Under the pieces are notes generated by a model. The model saw only the letters and a program-made list of their open reading frames with translations, was not told the origin of the DNA and made no database searches. A stretch of DNA of 64,000 nt from the NCBI GenBank assembly GCA_000993405.1, contig LBWB01000001.1:5229-69228 (forward strand), in the 5' to 3' direction. The stretch is from Candidatus Woesebacteria bacterium GW2011_GWB1_39_12 (GTDB lineage Bacteria; Patescibacteriota; Microgenomatia; UBA8517). Made by a program: the position numbers and the translations under genes. Positions 21,357 to 30,837 of this stretch are shown here, piece by piece; the stretch's first letter is position 1; each line of letters starts with the position of its first letter.

Positions 21357-21591
21357 ACTTTTCTTCAATATTAACCGATATCGATTTACCTTCAAGCCTT
21401 CCTTTGACTCTTAAGAGAGTTTGGATCGATTTTATGGTTTGTCCACCCTTGCCGATTATCAGGCCACAGATAGCAGGGTCGGCTAAGATTTTGAATGTAA
21501 TGTGAGAATCCTCTTGGATTTCATCGATATCAAAACTTCCTTTTTCCTTTTCTATGATGCCTTCCAAGATGTATGTTAATAAATCTTTCAT
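21349..21591 (-). CDS. khpA: KH-domain RNA-binding protein KhpA
   Basis: GLIIGKGGQTIKSI; downstream of rpsP. Confidence 0.9.
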   Translation of the reverse strand: MKDLLTYILEGIIEKEKGSFDIDEIQEDSHITFKILADPAICGLIIGKGGQTIKSIQTLLRVKGRLEGKSISVNIEEKSS

Positions 21592-21809
21592 TTCGAAAGG
21601 AGCTTATCCACGCCCAAAGTTTTCTTCGCACCTAACGCCAGCCATTTTTCTAATTTTTTCTTGTCGAGACGTTTCTCGATCTTAGAAGGATACCAAAAAC
21701 CGATTACATCAAGTGCGGCACCTGATCTTTTTTTTCTTTCATCAACTGCAATAATCCTATAAAAAGGCCTTTTTTTAGAACCATGCCTTGCGAGTCTTAT
21801 TTTAATCAT
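21588..21809 (-). CDS. rpsP: 30S ribosomal protein S16
   Basis: MIKIRLARHGSKKRPFYRI; start trimmed to ATG 21809. Confidence 0.95.
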   Translation of the reverse strand: MIKIRLARHGSKKRPFYRIIAVDERKKRSGAALDVIGFWYPSKIEKRLDKKKLEKWLALGAKKTLGVDKLLSK

Positions 21810-21837
21810 GAGAGTACATATTTTACCTACTTTATCC

Positions 21838-22503
21838 TTATTTAGCAATATTTTTTAAAGCTTCTTTCGCTGCTTCTTGTGCGGCCTCACTTTTACTTCT
21901 CCCCTCTCCCTTAGCCAGAGCCTTTCCGTTAGAGGTAACTTTAATTGTGAACCACTTTTCGTGATCCGGTCCTACCTCTTCAACAACTTCATATTGAGGA
22001 GCCTTTTCCCCTTTGGCCTGAATATACTCTTGGAGTAAACTTTTGGGATCTTTCAGGGGTTTGGCCAATTTTTCTTCTATGCCGGACAGAAGATATTTTT
22101 CAATAAATTTTTCAGAAGTATTAACTCCTTTATCCAAAAAAAGTGCTCCAATTATTGCTTCAACCGTGTTTGCCAGTAGAGACGGGTTCTCCCGGCCTCC
22201 AGTCTCTTCCTCGCCCTTAGAAAGATAAAGTTTTGCTCCCAGGTTCAACGTTTTGGCAACTTCGGAAAGATTGATTGTGTTTACAAGATTTGCCCGTAAT
22301 GCCGTAAGATAGCCTTCTTCTTTATCGGGAAATCTTTGATATAACTCTTTTGAAACTACAAATTCCAGGACAGCGTCACCCAGAAACTCAAGGCGTTCGT
22401 TTGACTCTCTAACGCGAGGATGTTCGTTTACCCAAGATTTGTGAGTAAGTGCGAGCTCATAAAGATTCTTATTTTCAAAATAGCTTTCCAGTTTTATGTC
22501 CAT
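21838..22503 (-). CDS. rnc: ribonuclease III
   Basis: NERLEFLGDAVL, DPKSLLQEY dsRBD. Confidence 0.97.
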   Translation of the reverse strand: MDIKLESYFENKNLYELALTHKSWVNEHPRVRESNERLEFLGDAVLEFVVSKELYQRFPDKEEGYLTALRANLVNTINLSEVAKTLNLGAKLYLSKGEEETGGRENPSLLANTVEAIIGALFLDKGVNTSEKFIEKYLLSGIEEKLAKPLKDPKSLLQEYIQAKGEKAPQYEVVEEVGPDHEKWFTIKVTSNGKALAKGEGRSKSEAAQEAAKEALKNIAK

Positions 22504-22505
22504 AA

Positions 22506-22751
22506 TTAGTCGTTATTTACGGCGTCAATGAGTTCGCCTACTGTTTCGATTTCTGTAAGATCAATCGTGCTTGTGTCAATATTGTTTGTTTTAAGGGTTT
22601 CAAGAAAATCTGTTAAATCAGATGGTCTCATATGTAGGTCCTGAGTTAACGAATCGTCGTCGTCTATATCTTCGATTTCTACTCCCAAGTATTCAGCTAA
22701 GTGCTGTTTAATAGGGTTTATAATACCTTTTTGGTCAGTTGAATTCATCAT
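22506..22751 (-). CDS. acyl carrier protein-like (degenerate)
   Basis: Acidic 81 aa, LAEYLGV..I..DDSL..DL..IETVGELI; located between nusB and rnc. Confidence 0.7.
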   Translation of the reverse strand: MMNSTDQKGIINPIKQHLAEYLGVEIEDIDDDDSLTQDLHMRPSDLTDFLETLKTNNIDTSTIDLTEIETVGELIDAVNND

Positions 22752-22762
22752 ATTTGTATTCT

Positions 22763-23128
22763 TTACTCTTTGGGTTTTTCAACCTCATTTAGTATTGTAC
22801 CCAAAACACCATTGACAAAGGAAGGGGAATTTTCAGCCCCGAACTCTTTTGCCAATTCAACTGCTTCGTCGATCGCGACCTTTGGAGGCACATTTTTCTG
22901 CATTAGTTCATAAACAGCAAGCCTCAAGATTACAAGGTCGATTTTATTCAATTTGTCAATCGGCCATTGGGGAGCCGACTCCTCGATCTTTCGGTCAATT
23001 TCATTCGTCTTTTTCAAAATCTCCTTAACAAGTTCGGAGTAATCCCCTTGTTTTGTAAAAGTTTCGGCGAATAACACTTTCACCGCCTGGCGTCTAATTT
23101 GGTGTCTTGGATCTTTTATAGTTTTCAT
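22763..23128 (-). CDS. nusB: transcription antitermination factor NusB
   Basis: IDLVILRLAVYEL, VAIDEAVELAKEFG, FVNGVLG. Confidence 0.95.
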   Translation of the reverse strand: MKTIKDPRHQIRRQAVKVLFAETFTKQGDYSELVKEILKKTNEIDRKIEESAPQWPIDKLNKIDLVILRLAVYELMQKNVPPKVAIDEAVELAKEFGAENSPSFVNGVLGTILNEVEKPKE

Positions 23129-23185
23129 ACTTATTCTCGCCAAAGAAAAGGATACAAGAATTCTTTTTATTTTAGAAGAATCAAT

Positions 23186-23347
23186 TTATTTGTAGAAGCC
23201 GCAATGTGGGCAAGCCTTATGCGGTCGTCTTAACTTTCCACAAGAGGGACACTTTGACAAATTCGGTAGAGTTCGTCTATTAGCCGGGCTATTTCGTCTC
23301 TTGCCACTTCTTGACCTTGTGTGTTTTTTCTTTGGTAGCGGCGCCAT
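23186..23347 (-). CDS. rpmF: 50S ribosomal protein L32 (zinc-binding form)
   Basis: Manual translation MAPLPKRKHTRSRSGKRR..CPSCG..PHKACPHCGFYK; below ORF-track cutoff. Confidence 0.95.
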   Translation of the reverse strand: MAPLPKKKHTRSRSGKRRNSPANRRTLPNLSKCPSCGKLRRPHKACPHCGFYK

Positions 23348-23473
23348 ATGGGGTAATTGTATCCGAACAATTGCTGTTTTTGCAATAAGAGGAATAGTAG
23401 ATGGGGAATGTTACTGTAAGCTATATCCCTAGCCAGATTTTAGAGTATAATTCAGCAAATCTTACCCATAGTT

Positions 23474-24496
23474 ATGTCGTCTGAATTTGAGTCATTATTA
23501 GAACAACCAATATCGCCAGAGACTGAGACCCTTTTGCTCCCTGATCGTCCGATTGCAAAAAGACTTTGTTATAATTTAAAAAAACAGTTATCAGGAAACT
23601 CCGATTCTGGTATAAGCGTTGGTGAATACGACTTAACGATACTTGCTCTGTCAAAGTTACTAACTCCGTCGGCCTACAAGATTATCGAAAGGCCAATTTC
23701 CTTTAGCGAGTACCTAGAAAAAAGAAGGCAATCTTTTCGTTGGCTTATTGATCTCTGGAATAAATATTATGAAATAAGATGGGGAGGAGGAAATGTTCTT
23801 GAATCGAATGACCATGACTGTGATTTCAGACATGATCTTCTTTCTGCTATTTTGACATCAACAGGTATTCTCTCCCGAGAAGAAACGTTTAGATCTCGTG
23901 GTATAGATTGGGACGGGTTTCAGGAAGATCAAATTTCACCAGCCCTTAGAGAACTCAATAGAGTGAGATATTCAACGGTTGCCAAAGTTATTACATACGA
24001 AGGGGCTAAAGGATCTATAGAGAGACTATCTGAGAAAGGTCTTACAACAGCCATCTATATAGGCGTTTTTGATCTTGATCACGAGGGACATAAGGGTACT
24101 GCTGCCAGAGCGAAAAGAAATCTTGGGCCTCACTCAAAATTGTTTTGCGCAGTTGTGGATAAGAAGCTGTCAATTCTTCAAAAAGGTAAGGAACCAACAA
24201 GAGATTTAGATAGAAGAATGGCTAATATGTCTATGGTTAAAGGTATTGATAGAGTATTCCCAATTGTTTTACCAGACAGTGTGCAAAGTCTTGAAGATAC
24301 TGGAGAATATTTTTTGAAAGTACATGAAGAACTTGCGCCACACGTTAGAATTGTAGGGAATCCGACTACGATAGACACTGGTTTATGGGAGGTCTATCAG
24401 AAAACCTGTAGACAAGCTAATGTGCTCCTCGTTTATAACGATGAGCTTAAACCAGTTTCGACAACAAGTGAGATAAACAGAATTAGAGGAATTTAA
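23474..24496 (+). CDS. cytidylyltransferase-like (HxGH) protein with unknown N-domain
   Basis: IYIGVFDLDHEGH, RMANMSMVKGIDRV, C-terminal STTSEINRI. Confidence 0.7.
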   Translation: MSSEFESLLEQPISPETETLLLPDRPIAKRLCYNLKKQLSGNSDSGISVGEYDLTILALSKLLTPSAYKIIERPISFSEYLEKRRQSFRWLIDLWNKYYEIRWGGGNVLESNDHDCDFRHDLLSAILTSTGILSREETFRSRGIDWDGFQEDQISPALRELNRVRYSTVAKVITYEGAKGSIERLSEKGLTTAIYIGVFDLDHEGHKGTAARAKRNLGPHSKLFCAVVDKKLSILQKGKEPTRDLDRRMANMSMVKGIDRVFPIVLPDSVQSLEDTGEYFLKVHEELAPHVRIVGNPTTIDTGLWEVYQKTCRQANVLLVYNDELKPVSTTSEINRIRGI

Positions 24497-24579
24497 TTTG
24501 TCATATGATATGTTGAAGGTTATTTTTCCCGATCAACGTATTTGACATCCGATATTGATTAGCTTGTAACATCGGGATT

Positions 24580-26604
24580 TTAATTGGGTGCGATATCGTG
24601 AGGTTCGATTTTTTTAATTAACTTGGGAAAGTTTTGGGGATTTTCGATTGCTTCTTTGGCCGCGTTTCGGGCTTTTTGGATTAATCTGGTATCACTCCAG
24701 TGAGCGATTCTTAATTCCGGAAAGCCGTGTTGTTTGGTGCCGAACATTTCTCCGGGACCTCTCAGTTTTAAATCCAGCTCAGCCAGTTCAAATCCAGATT
24801 TATTTTCTTTTAGGGCATTTAGTCTACTTTGTACATTCTGTGACTTACTTTCTGTAAATAAAAGACAGTAAGATTTCTTCTCTCCCCTACCAATTCTCCC
24901 TCGGAGTTGGTGAAGTTGTGCAAGTCCGAATCTTTCAGCCGCCTCAATTATCATGATTGTAGCGTTAGCTACGTCAATTCCCACTTCAACAACAGGAGTT
25001 GAGACTAAAATATCCACCTTTCCCTTTTTAAAAGCGTCTAGAACCTCATTTTTGAGTTTTGCGGATTGCCTTCCGTGCAGAAGACCGACGTTAAAAGGTC
25101 TAAAAACCTTTTTCAACTTTTCGTACTCTACCGTTGCTGCTTTGATCTGCTTCATTGTTTCTATTTGCGACTCCTCAATTAAAGGGCAAATGATAAACGC
25201 TTGAATTTTCTTACTTTGAATTTGTTCTCGAATCCATCCATATGCGCCTTCTCTTTTCTCAGGTGGAACCAACCACGTAGTTATTGGTTTCCTGCCTTCT
25301 GGTAATTCATCGAGCGTTGATAAATCTAAGTCTCCGTAGACGGTTAGAGACACCGTCCTTGGGATCGGAGTTGCCGTCATTGTCAGAATGTGTGGAGAGC
25401 GCCTTCCTTTGCCCGTTTTTTTAACCAAGTGGGCTCTTTGCTCGACTCCGAACCTGTGTTGCTCGTCGATTACTACAAGTGCCACATTATCAAAATCTAA
25501 TTTTTTATGGATCAAGGCGTGGGTACCTACAAAAATATCGCTTTTCCCCAAGTCAGCTTTTATTCCTTCTGACGTAACCAGGCTGACACGCACTTTATAT
25601 AGATCAAATATATTCTTTAGTGTATTGAAGTGTTGTTGGGCTAAGATTTGAGTTGGTGCCATAAAGACAGATTGGAAACCGTTGATAAATGCGGCAAATG
25701 ATCCTGCTGCCGCCACAATTGTTTTCCCGCTGCCAACATCACCTTCCAGAAGTCGGTTCATGGGATAATCTTTATTAATGTCAGTCAGAATTTCTTGGAT
25801 AGAGCGCTCTTGTGAAACGGTTAAAGTGAACGAAAGACCTTTTTTGAACTCTTCCAGTATCTTTTTATCTACTTTTAAGGAATAAATCGATTTAATTTTT
25901 TGCCAGTCATTTTTTCTGTATAGACTTTTGAGTTGATAAAAAAGCAGCTCGTCAAAAGCAAGCCGTTCTCTTCCCCTTTCGGCCTCTTCTAATTCATTTG
26001 GATAGTGAACATATTTTAAGGATTCGCTGATAGTTGGAAAATTAGATTTGGTCAATATTTCATCAGGCAGGTATTCTTTAATTTCATTGATTAAAGTGTT
26101 AAATACTGCCGCGATTTTTCCCCTGATCCACTTTGAAGAAAGTCTGGCCGTTTCAGGATAAATCGGAACTAACCTCGCCGTATGAACGGTGTTTTGATTA
26201 TTCTCTATATTTTCATATTCGGGCGACATTAGGCTCATTTTTCTATCAAACAGCTCCGCTTTTCCTGAGAATGAATATCGCTCGCCCTTTCTGATATTTT
26301 TTACGAGATACGGTTGGTTAAACCAGACGCTTTGCATAGAGCCAGTTACATCACTAATTTCTGCAAGCTGTATTTTTTTCCCAAACTTGGTGTAGATGTT
26401 TTTTATCGAGTCAACGTTTCCTTGAATGGTGACGGTCTCCCCTATCTGTACACTTTCAATTGTCGATACTATTCGATAGTCCAAGTAACGATGAGGAATG
26501 TGGTAAAGCAAATCTTCTAGTTTTTCAATTCCCAACTTTTCGAGACGCCTCGCATATGTTGGTCCCACGAGAGGCAACTTAGTAACAGGAGTAGATAGTT
26601 CCAT
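24580..26604 (-). CDS. recG: ATP-dependent DNA helicase RecG
   Basis: RLLEGDVGSGKT, DEQHRFG, TATPIPRT, QLHQLRGRIGRG. Confidence 0.97.
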   Translation of the reverse strand: MELSTPVTKLPLVGPTYARRLEKLGIEKLEDLLYHIPHRYLDYRIVSTIESVQIGETVTIQGNVDSIKNIYTKFGKKIQLAEISDVTGSMQSVWFNQPYLVKNIRKGERYSFSGKAELFDRKMSLMSPEYENIENNQNTVHTARLVPIYPETARLSSKWIRGKIAAVFNTLINEIKEYLPDEILTKSNFPTISESLKYVHYPNELEEAERGRERLAFDELLFYQLKSLYRKNDWQKIKSIYSLKVDKKILEEFKKGLSFTLTVSQERSIQEILTDINKDYPMNRLLEGDVGSGKTIVAAAGSFAAFINGFQSVFMAPTQILAQQHFNTLKNIFDLYKVRVSLVTSEGIKADLGKSDIFVGTHALIHKKLDFDNVALVVIDEQHRFGVEQRAHLVKKTGKGRRSPHILTMTATPIPRTVSLTVYGDLDLSTLDELPEGRKPITTWLVPPEKREGAYGWIREQIQSKKIQAFIICPLIEESQIETMKQIKAATVEYEKLKKVFRPFNVGLLHGRQSAKLKNEVLDAFKKGKVDILVSTPVVEVGIDVANATIMIIEAAERFGLAQLHQLRGRIGRGEKKSYCLLFTESKSQNVQSRLNALKENKSGFELAELDLKLRGPGEMFGTKQHGFPELRIAHWSDTRLIQKARNAAKEAIENPQNFPKLIKKIEPHDIAPN

Positions 26605-26633
26605 AACTTTCAGGATAATGATATCACTTTTGC

Positions 26634-26744
26634 CTAACGGAAGGCGAAGGATAAAAGCGGCAGGAAAGTGGTTAACAAAAGCGCAAGCGTTGCGATTATT
26701 ACCAGAACTTTGACTATCTTTTGGTGTTTTTTACTTGCAAACAT
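26634..26744 (-). CDS. 36-aa single-TM small protein
   Basis: MFASKKHQKIVKVLVIIATLALLLTTFLPLLSFAFR; starts right after tyrS stop. Confidence 0.65.
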   Translation of the reverse strand: MFASKKHQKIVKVLVIIATLALLLTTFLPLLSFAFR

Positions 26745-26745
26745 A

Positions 26746-27897
26746 TTATTTTTTAACTTTTACAAAAGTTTGTGTACCTACTTTTATTTCATCTCCACTA
26801 TTAACTTTGAGTGTAGGGTCATAAACTGTAGCTCCTGAAATATCTACAGCACCCTGGGAAATGAGTCTTTTAGCTTCGCTTACGCTTCCTACTACCTGAG
26901 AAATGGTCTGAGCTAGATTTTCTTTTGCCGAAACTTCTGTTTTGAATTCAGGCTTTTGTTCTTGAAAAGTTTTTTCGAAAGCCTCTTGAGCTCTTTGTGC
27001 ATCTTTTTCAGAATGCATTTCTTTTACAATCTGAAAAGCTAATTCTTTCTTTATAGCTAGCGGTTCTTTTTTAGACTTTGCGACTTTTTCTTTTACCTCC
27101 TCCATTGGAACGGAGGTAACCAATATGAAGTACTGTTCGATAAGATGGTCTCCAAGAGACATAATTTTGGCATACATTTCTTCTGGTTTATCTTCGATCC
27201 AAATTGCATTTCCCCAGCTCTTACTCATCTTTCTTCCGTCAGTACCTTCAAGAATCATTAGCGTCATAAAATAACTTTCCTTACCTCTCAGGTCTTTTTG
27301 CAGAGTTCTCCCTGCGTTCATATTGAAAGTTTGTTCAGTAGCCCCAATTTGCAGATCTGTGTCCAAGTAGTAATGATCATAACCCTGTATTGCTGGGTAT
27401 AAAACCTCATGCAAACCCACTCTTTTTCCAGATTCTAACCTCTTCTTAATTAGTTCCCTGCCGATGAAATCTCCCAACGAAAAGTGTTGGCAGAGTTGAA
27501 TTATTTCTTGAGGAGTGAGTTTATTGAGCCATTTGCTATTAAATTTTGTTTCGATTTTTGAAAAATCTAATATCTTACTTGCTTGTTTTTGATAAGTTTC
27601 TAAATCTTTTTTTATTTGTTTAGGAGCTATTGGTTTTCTTTCAGTTTCTTTGTCCGATGTATCTCCAATAAGGGTTGTGAAGTCACCAATGAGAAAGGTG
27701 ACATTGTGTCCAAGTTCTGCAAGCGCTTGCAGTTTTCTGAAGGGAACAGTGTGGCCAAGGGTTAATTTTGGAGCAGTAACATCAAATCCGGCATAGACAT
27801 TTAGTTTTTTCTCCGATCTCAGCATTTTTTCCAGGCCGTCTTTATTAGGAACAATGTTGGCAACTCCCCTTGTTAAGAACTCATCGATATTATTCAT
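26746..27897 (-). CDS. tyrS: tyrosine--tRNA ligase
   Basis: YAGFDVTA..LTLGH, LYPAIQGYD, KMSKS, C-terminal S4-like domain. Confidence 0.96.
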   Translation of the reverse strand: MNNIDEFLTRGVANIVPNKDGLEKMLRSEKKLNVYAGFDVTAPKLTLGHTVPFRKLQALAELGHNVTFLIGDFTTLIGDTSDKETERKPIAPKQIKKDLETYQKQASKILDFSKIETKFNSKWLNKLTPQEIIQLCQHFSLGDFIGRELIKKRLESGKRVGLHEVLYPAIQGYDHYYLDTDLQIGATEQTFNMNAGRTLQKDLRGKESYFMTLMILEGTDGRKMSKSWGNAIWIEDKPEEMYAKIMSLGDHLIEQYFILVTSVPMEEVKEKVAKSKKEPLAIKKELAFQIVKEMHSEKDAQRAQEAFEKTFQEQKPEFKTEVSAKENLAQTISQVVGSVSEAKRLISQGAVDISGATVYDPTLKVNSGDEIKVGTQTFVKVKK

Positions 27898-27960
27898 ATA
27901 TTTGAATTTTAAACCTTCAAAGGTTTGCGGTCAAAGGATAATTTGCTAAAATGGTTTATT

Positions 27961-30552
27961 ATGTCACGCTGGAGAGAAGTAGCAAAAAGAAAAAGGCTTA
28001 AAAAAAGATGGTCTTATGTACCTGAGAGGGTAAAGAAGAGTCGGTCTTTGGTGAAATGGGCAAAGCTTTTATTCCTGGGTGTGATAGCTTTGTTTGTTGG
28101 ATCTTTCGTAATACTACCTCTTTTTGCTTTTAATTTACCTTCCCCAGACAAAATAATACGACGGGAGGGATTTTCTACAAAAATATTGGATAGAAATGGT
28201 GAAGTTCTTTACGACATTTTTGCCGAACAAAAAAGAACACCTGTATCTTTATCGGATATTCCGGATGATCTAAAAGAAGCAACGGTTGCAATCGAAGACA
28301 AAAATTTCTATAAACATAAAGGATTTGACCCCTTCGGAATGCTCAGGGGAATTTCGCGAATATTTACACGAGGTTATGCTCAGGGAGGATCGACCTTAAC
28401 TCAGCAGCTTGTCAAAAATGTTCTTTTGACGCCGGAAAGGTCAATTGTTAGAAAAATAAAAGAGTTCGTTTTAGCAATACAGATCGAAAGGAAATATTCC
28501 AAGGACGAAATCCTGCAGATGTATCTCAATGAAGCTCCATATGGCGGGACAGCCTGGGGCGTTGAAACGGCCGCAGAGACTTATTTTGATAAGGGAGTGA
28601 AAGATTTGAACCTGATTGAGTCAGCGATTCTGGCAGGGCTTCCCCAAAGACCCTCTTACTATTCTCCTTACTCAGGTTATCCCGATGCTTATATAGATCG
28701 GACCAAGCAAGTTCTTAGACGTATGCGCGAAGATGGTTACATTACCAAAGAGGAAGAAGAAAATGGGATTAAAGAGCTTTCTGATGTCGAAATTCAGGAA
28801 AGAGGTGCCAATTTCAAAGCTCCTCATTTTGTTCAGTATATCCAAAGAATTCTTGAAGAGCGATATGGCGAACGGGTCACCGAGCAGGGTGGTTTAAAAG
28901 TGACTACAACACTTGATTTAGAACTTCAGGAGGCCGCGCAGGATATCGTTAAAGAGGAAATTGATAAAGTAGTTAATCTTCATATTACCAACGGCGCAGC
29001 AGTCGTTCTTGATCCTCAAACAGGGGAAATTCTGGCGATGGTTGGATCCCGTGGGTTTGACGATCCCGAAATTGACGGACAGGTTAATGTCACCCTGTCA
29101 CCGAGACAACCGGGGAGTGCTTTTAAACCTTTAACGTATGTAACTGCTTTTAAAAAAGGTTATTCCGCCTCAAAGCTAATTTTGGATGTTCCGACAGAAT
29201 TTCCAGGTGGCATAGGCCAACCTATCTATAAACCTGTAAATTATGATGGAAAAAGCAGGGGTCCTGTGCAAGTTCGCTACGCTCTTGGGAACTCGATAAA
29301 TCTTCCTGCCGTAAAAATGCTTGCTATGGTTGGAATTAAAGATACACTCTCAACAGCTTATGACCTGGGTATTTCTACTTTACCGCCAAATGAGGATACT
29401 TTGAGTCGTGTGGGTCTATCTTTAACTCTTGGTGGAGGGGAGGTGAAACTTCTTGAACTTACTAGCGCATACGCCGCGTTTATGAATCAGGGTTTCAGGA
29501 TTGACCCCGTTGCGATCCTTAAAATAGAAGATTCTGCAGGGAAAGTGCTTGAGGATGTAAAGCCCGAAAAAGGAAGGCGCGTTTTGACTCCCGAGCAAGC
29601 CTATTTAATCGCAGACATTTTATCGGACAATGAAGCCAGAAAAGATGTGTTTGGCACTAACTCGCTTCTTAATATCCCCGGGCGTCAAATTGCGGTTAAA
29701 ACCGGAACCACGAATGATAAGAGGGATAATTGGACGGTGGGCGGAAATTCTCAGAGGTTAGCCGGAGTTTGGGTGGGAAATAACGATAATAGTGAGATGC
29801 TTCAAGTTGCATCAGGCGTAACCGGAGCCTCCCCTATTTGGAGAAGAATTCTTCTCGAGAGTTTGAAAGATAAGCCTAATATAAGTTTCGAAGTTCCGGG
29901 CGGGATTGTGACGAAATCCATTGATTCGGTTTCTGGTTATTCTGCCCACGATGGTTTCCCTTCCCGAATTGAGAAATTTATAGTCGGAACAGAACCGGGA
30001 GACGATCCTGTTCACGTAAAATTAAAAGTGTGTAAAAGTGATGGACGCTTGGCGACTCCGTCGGATATTGCTTCGGGAAATTACGACGAAAAAGAATTTT
30101 TTGTATTTAAAGAAGAAGATCCGACCGGAGGAATAGACGGGGTTAATAAATGGCAGGAGGGAATATTAAGCTGGATTGGTACTCAGTCAGACCAAAAGTA
30201 TAAACCTCCGACAGAATATTGTGGTTCAAGTAACCCCATCAACGTTGAATTCACAACGCCCCATGACCACGATTCTGATCTTCCCAATAATTTTGCTGTT
30301 GAAATTCGTGCAGACTCTACGAATGACATAGTCTTAGTTGAGTTGGAAGCCGATGGGGTAAGAGTAAGATCGTTCACGAGGCCACCTTTTAGAGAAGATG
30401 TGAGCCTGGCGGATGGAATTCATACACTGCGTGCAAAAGCAAAGGACTCCTCGGGTAAAGAGTCGGATAGGAGTATAACAATCGGTGTAAAGGTTCCCTG
30501 GGATTATTCCCCCTCCCTAATTCCGACGGAGACACCTACCCCAACTCCTTGA
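27961..30552 (+). CDS. class A penicillin-binding protein with C-terminal Ig-like domain
   Basis: EDKNFYKH, GGSTLTQQ, SAFK, SIN, KTGTT; ATG 27961. Confidence 0.93.
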   Translation: MSRWREVAKRKRLKKRWSYVPERVKKSRSLVKWAKLLFLGVIALFVGSFVILPLFAFNLPSPDKIIRREGFSTKILDRNGEVLYDIFAEQKRTPVSLSDIPDDLKEATVAIEDKNFYKHKGFDPFGMLRGISRIFTRGYAQGGSTLTQQLVKNVLLTPERSIVRKIKEFVLAIQIERKYSKDEILQMYLNEAPYGGTAWGVETAAETYFDKGVKDLNLIESAILAGLPQRPSYYSPYSGYPDAYIDRTKQVLRRMREDGYITKEEEENGIKELSDVEIQERGANFKAPHFVQYIQRILEERYGERVTEQGGLKVTTTLDLELQEAAQDIVKEEIDKVVNLHITNGAAVVLDPQTGEILAMVGSRGFDDPEIDGQVNVTLSPRQPGSAFKPLTYVTAFKKGYSASKLILDVPTEFPGGIGQPIYKPVNYDGKSRGPVQVRYALGNSINLPAVKMLAMVGIKDTLSTAYDLGISTLPPNEDTLSRVGLSLTLGGGEVKLLELTSAYAAFMNQGFRIDPVAILKIEDSAGKVLEDVKPEKGRRVLTPEQAYLIADILSDNEARKDVFGTNSLLNIPGRQIAVKTGTTNDKRDNWTVGGNSQRLAGVWVGNNDNSEMLQVASGVTGASPIWRRILLESLKDKPNISFEVPGGIVTKSIDSVSGYSAHDGFPSRIEKFIVGTEPGDDPVHVKLKVCKSDGRLATPSDIASGNYDEKEFFVFKEEDPTGGIDGVNKWQEGILSWIGTQSDQKYKPPTEYCGSSNPINVEFTTPHDHDSDLPNNFAVEIRADSTNDIVLVELEADGVRVRSFTRPPFREDVSLADGIHTLRAKAKDSSGKESDRSITIGVKVPWDYSPSLIPTETPTPTP

Positions 30553-30588
30553 CAGTATGCTATAATCCCTCAATCTGCCACTCTAAAT

Positions 30589-30837
30589 ATGAGTGAAGAA
30601 AGAAAGTACCCGGAAAGTATCGAATTTTCGAATTTGAGGAGCGAGCATCATTTAAGGACAAGAAGAGGAATGAGATCTGTTAATCTTAGATTTATTCCTG
30701 ATGGAATGTTGGATGCAATGATAAGTGAGCAAGGAGAGATCGATACTTCTAAGCCTGTTAGAGTACTTCTCGATAAAGACAATAACTTTATAGGATTGGA
30801 TGAAACAAGGAGAGATCAGGGTTCTTCTAGTTCTTGA
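30589..30837 (+). CDS. hypothetical protein
   Basis: 82-aa ORF; extended -10 TGCTATAAT upstream. Confidence 0.55.
   Translation: MSEERKYPESIEFSNLRSEHHLRTRRGMRSVNLRFIPDGMLDAMISEQGEIDTSKPVRVLLDKDNNFIGLDETRRDQGSSSS

Noticed and set aside
24492-24615. Possible degenerate duplicate of the recG 3' end at 24492-24527
   Set aside because: Similarity weak, gapped and AT-rich; compatible with chance
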